This document shows, piece after piece, positions 60,063 to 64,000 of a stretch of DNA of 64,000 nt. The notes below the pieces were generated by a model that did not search any database, had not been told where the DNA came from, and saw only the letters and a program-made list of their open reading frames with translations. Position 1 is the stretch's first letter, and the number at the start of each line of letters is the position of its first letter. Source of the stretch: Puccinia triticina (Eukaryota); assembly GCA_026914245.1 (NCBI GenBank), contig CP110439.1, positions 2,108,001-2,172,000 of the forward strand. Direction: 5' to 3'. The position numbers and the translations under genes are program-made.

Positions 60063-62501
60063 TTAAAGTTGCAACCTTGAAGTATATCGAGATAATTCCT
60101 GCGCAAATTGTTTCATGAAGCCCACATCTTCGGCACCGAAAACTCTTTTGGGGTCATCAGTATATCCAGCCAGAACGAAGCCGCCTGAGTTGGGTTGAGC
60201 CTCAGTACCAACGGCCAAAAGCATCGCCGATGCATACGGCTTGGTACCCGAACCTCTAGGTTGTAAGGAGTCCTCTTCACATTCTTCCACGCTTGGATTT
60301 TGGTAGAGAAACCCGCCTTCAGGTGCTCTCAGTGCACGCAAATGCAGGCCGGCGTCGAAGACTGGAACCGGGAGGGGGATGTTGTGGCCGGAGATGATCA
60401 ATGTCCTGCCCAATTCGTTCGATTCGCCATGGGGAACAACAGCGGTCAAATACACCAAAGAGAGGCTCAAGGTTTCGCCGATCAACTTGGTGGCTAGATC
60501 GAACACCTTTCGCATCTTGGGTTTTACGACTGCGTTGACATCTTCAAACAAGCTTGGGCCAGTTTTAGTTGGTGACTTCAAGGCCGTATGTGTGTGTGAC
60601 GCGGGTGAAGTGGGCGCAGTAGAAATGGAGCTGATACTGGCCAACCTTCTGAAACTGGATCGCTTGGATGTAGTCACGGTTTGGTCTGGAGACGCTGGAG
60701 TATCGGACAAAACTTCGGATTCAAGTATTTCGTCGCCGTCACTCGTAGAGCTGATAACCCGTTTCAATTCGTGATTCCAATTCTCTTGGCCTGCCGATAG
60801 GTTTTTCATCTTTCGCTCCATCTTCTTAGCGAACCACTTCTCGATCTCTCGTCGTGCGTATTCAGACATGTAAACAAGCTTCTTGCGGTCCTCCACACTA
60901 AAGGACTCGCGAGGAGCGGTATCCACAATGCACAACGTGCCAATGGGGCATGCGTTGTCTTCGGATTCTTGGCTTCCATCCAGGTTGGGCGCCATCAAAG
61001 GCACACCGGCGTAAAATCTTGATCCGAAATTCTGTGTCAAGGGACCATTCTCGAATCTCCAATCTTTGTGAGTGTCAAGGACCGTAAATCCCTTACGACC
61101 ACTGAGTATAGTATGTGCACCTAAACGCAATTTAGAAAAATTAGTCTTGAGCAAACCTTGTCAGGAATCGATCACTACGCACAAAAACCAATATCGCGGC
61201 TAATATCTCGTTTTCCTCCTAAACCAGATTCCGCCAGAAATATTTGACGATCATCATCGAGAATCTGCACCATAGGATATGTTCGGACTGATCAGTACAT
61301 GCTACGTATTTTTCGCCAAGGAAGAAAACACGAAAAACAGGAAACAAAGGCGAAAACTAACAGATAGCATACTAAGTGCAGTTCCAAAAAGTTCCCGACA
61401 TTGCTTAACAATTTTTCTGAAAACTGGATGTTGTTCCAAAGTCTCGGGGGGTAATTGGCCCCGTCGTACGCCATCCATCATGGCTCGGGCCTCGTCGACG
61501 CCCATTGAGGACTCTTCACTGACAAGGGAATCACGCCGTTCCCAAGGTTCTTCGAGGCTTACGGGGACCTTTCCTTCTTCCATCAATTTGTCGCCCGCCT
61601 CGGCTCGGGCCTTAGATCTGGCCATACCCTCATCTGTCTCGTCAAAACCCTTCTCTCCCAAAACACCGAGTCGATTCAGGACCAATTGTCGCGCTGGCTC
61701 ATTCGCCGGTCTAGGAGCCATGTAGAATCTGGATTGGAACGCAGAGGGAGTGTCTTCCTCTCCTTCTGGTTCCATCGGTGGCAAAGGAGGATTGAGAACA
61801 TCGATTTGTTCCTGGCGGGGGAAGTGAGCTAGTTAGCATGGGTGCTTATTGGATTTGAGGCGCTGATCTTACAAAAAAAAAAGAAACATAAGACTCACGT
61901 TTGCATAATAACGGTGATACTCATCCCATGTTTTTGGTTGTTGATCGGCAGGACTAGAAGCACTGATACGAGTTTTCAAAACGGCAACCATCTTTTGAAC
62001 TTGCGTCTTGGCGCCAGTAGATTTGACCTTCCACGAGTTGAAGATCGTAATCCGTTTGTTAGCCTTTGGAGTTGCAGTGCCATACTGGTCCGAATCGTCG
62101 AGTTTCTCTTGGCGGCAAATGATTTCTGTGCTCGTCACAATATTCTTGTGACGGCTCGTACCATCTGATTTGAGTGTAAACGCCTTGAAAGCAATTCTTC
62201 TGATCTGAGTAAATCGTTTTTTCTTTGACTTGACTGGGGCTGTTTTCTTGACCTTTGGTGTGGATTCATTTTCACTATCACTAAGAGCAGGCGCATGAGA
62301 ATCAAGCCAGATTTCATTGGGTCCTTCATCGTTTTCACCCTGTGGTGCCGCGTCCGAAATTGATTCACTAATTGCCTTTTTCCAAAAGTATTCGGACGGC
62401 CTAGATTTCACCGGGCGCGATGACTTATCGCGCAAACCCACATTGAACAGGGACGAGTAAGGTAGTGTGATACCGCGAGGACAGGCTATGAGGTGAGCCA
62501 T
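60063..62501 (-). CDS. GAF-domain protein, 4 exons
   Basis: ATG 62501; introns ~61898-61812, 61361-61265, ~61187-61121. GAF signature DWRFENGPL..RFYAGVPL..IGTLCIVDTAPR, followed by a second degenerate GAF-like region. Confidence 0.82.
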
Positions 62502-63249
62502 GATGAGCGATAAAACGTGATGAGTATAGAGGAGAGGAAGGAGTTGCAGTCCTGGGATTGTCAGCCGATGGAGTTACAAAACGAGAACTGCGGAGATTCT
62601 TTCTTGTACATATAAGTTTGGACGCAAAATCGTGAAGTTTAGGATTTTTAAATGAATTAATGATGGTGTCAAAACCCGATGATGTCATCATTGGTTATTA
62701 TGATGATGACAGTACTGTCATAATCATCCCAAGCGCAAACCTTGCCAGACCAAGCGAACCTCGTCCAAATCCCCGAGCGTAACAAAGCCCGCGGCACCGC
62801 GGAGCCGTAGGTGCAAGCGGGGCTTATGCCTAACAAGCAGAGCCTCGCGTGACAGGATCTCACTTGGAACCGTAGTTTTCTTTGCATCTTAGTTCAAAAA
62901 TCAACACTCACTTGCCACTAAATTCCAACCTACCTCCATGAAGCGCTGGCTTCCTGGCTATCATTCCATCCCCTCCATTTTCTCTCATCTTTTTTTGTAT
63001 GTACAGTATAATTTTTTGAAATACATGCAATCCTTGGGTCCGATTGAGCTTTAACAGTATTGTTTTCACGACAATTAAAAGCTCGCTCGGACCTCTCGGC
63101 ATTCAGGATCAATGCCATACTGATTTCATTAAGCTTAAAGAGATCGGAAGGGATCAACAGCGGAGTAAGAAAATAAAAAAGGATACAACAATTAAATCTT
63201 CCATCTTCCGTGAAGTCGATACAAGCCTTCTTTGAGTCGCAACAGCCAC

Positions 63250-63660
63250 CCAAAAGACTAGTTCAACCCTTTGAAGCAGCCATCCCACCGTTTACGACCG
63301 CAAAGATGCCGTCAAGAACACAAAAGAAAACAAAGAAACCTTCACAGAAAATTACCCTCACAAAGCATTTGCTTGAAATGGGTGACGCTGACCTCTGTGA
63401 TGCAATCATTGATGACTGCTTGCCATGCTTCCCCTAAAATGAGTCTGCCAAGACCGTCCAAGTCGACGCCGTGATGAGCCTAGTCCGAAGTATTGTTGTT
63501 GGAAGGCCATTGACATGTTGTTGCCGGTCAAGAAGGCGGTGAGGAATTGCTTTGGGGTAAGGTTGAGATCGTCAATGAGATTGCAAATGGAGCGTAAATT
63601 TTGACTCTTGCGACCTGATGGGGTTTTTTTTGTCGGGTCCGGATCCATTGTTGTGATGAG
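63250..63660 (-). pseudogene. Fragment of a probable transposon-associated protein
   Basis: ICNLIDDLNLTPKQFLTAFL resembles N-termini of fungal TE-associated proteins; frame broken; family not securely assigned. Confidence 0.3.
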
Positions 63661-64000
63661 GTGTTGAGGGAATGCGTTGGAGGTCAATATACAGTGCCCG
63701 GAAGAAAGTTTTCATTAAATTTCTTTTGACAAGAACACATACAAACCATGCCTGCTAATTTCTGATTTATTAGGAGGATGGACAGAAAGGTTCAAAAAGA
63801 ATGAATACAAGTAATGTTTTTGGAAAAAATAAGTGCAATATACTAGCTGAAAATATTTTTTTTCATTAAATGATAATTTTGGAAAATCTTTAATACTATT
63901 CCAAAAAAATCGTGAATAATCAGAATCAATAGACTGACATGTGACGTGAATGATAATAAATGAAAAAATGAATCCCAAAATTCATCCTAAATTTTAGTTG

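Overview
Eukaryotic, intron-containing, very TE-rich DNA. The gene and TE style suggests a basidiomycete, probably a rust fungus (Pucciniales); this is inference, not a database match. Bases 1-53,500 are a nest of mobile elements. They include a gag-less, pol-only Ty3/Gypsy element running off the left edge, a truncated Ty1/Copia, and an intact 12-kb Ty3/Gypsy with matching 936-bp LTRs inserted in a chitin synthase pseudogene. There is also a 10.5-kb CMC/EnSpm-like DNA transposon with two extra genes, a 1.5-kb non-autonomous relative, several solo LTRs, MITEs, a minisatellite, a hairpin array, and a 575-bp TRIM whose LTRs each carry a tRNA-like Pol III cassette. The right end holds two apparently intact host genes: a GH63-like (YMR196W-type) glucosidase and a GAF-domain protein. 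The most notable signals are: (1) five LTRs of one TGTGGT-starting Gypsy lineage all flanked by 4-bp duplications centred on CpG; (2) the tRNA-bearing TRIM; (3) a pol-only Gypsy with an oligo-U tract in place of a PBS and a hairpin/intron module in its LTR; (4) a U-UUU-UUA -1 frameshift placed after the protease, plus antisense spliced genes, inside the intact Gypsy. All coordinates were read by eye, so splice models and degenerate boundaries are approximate.
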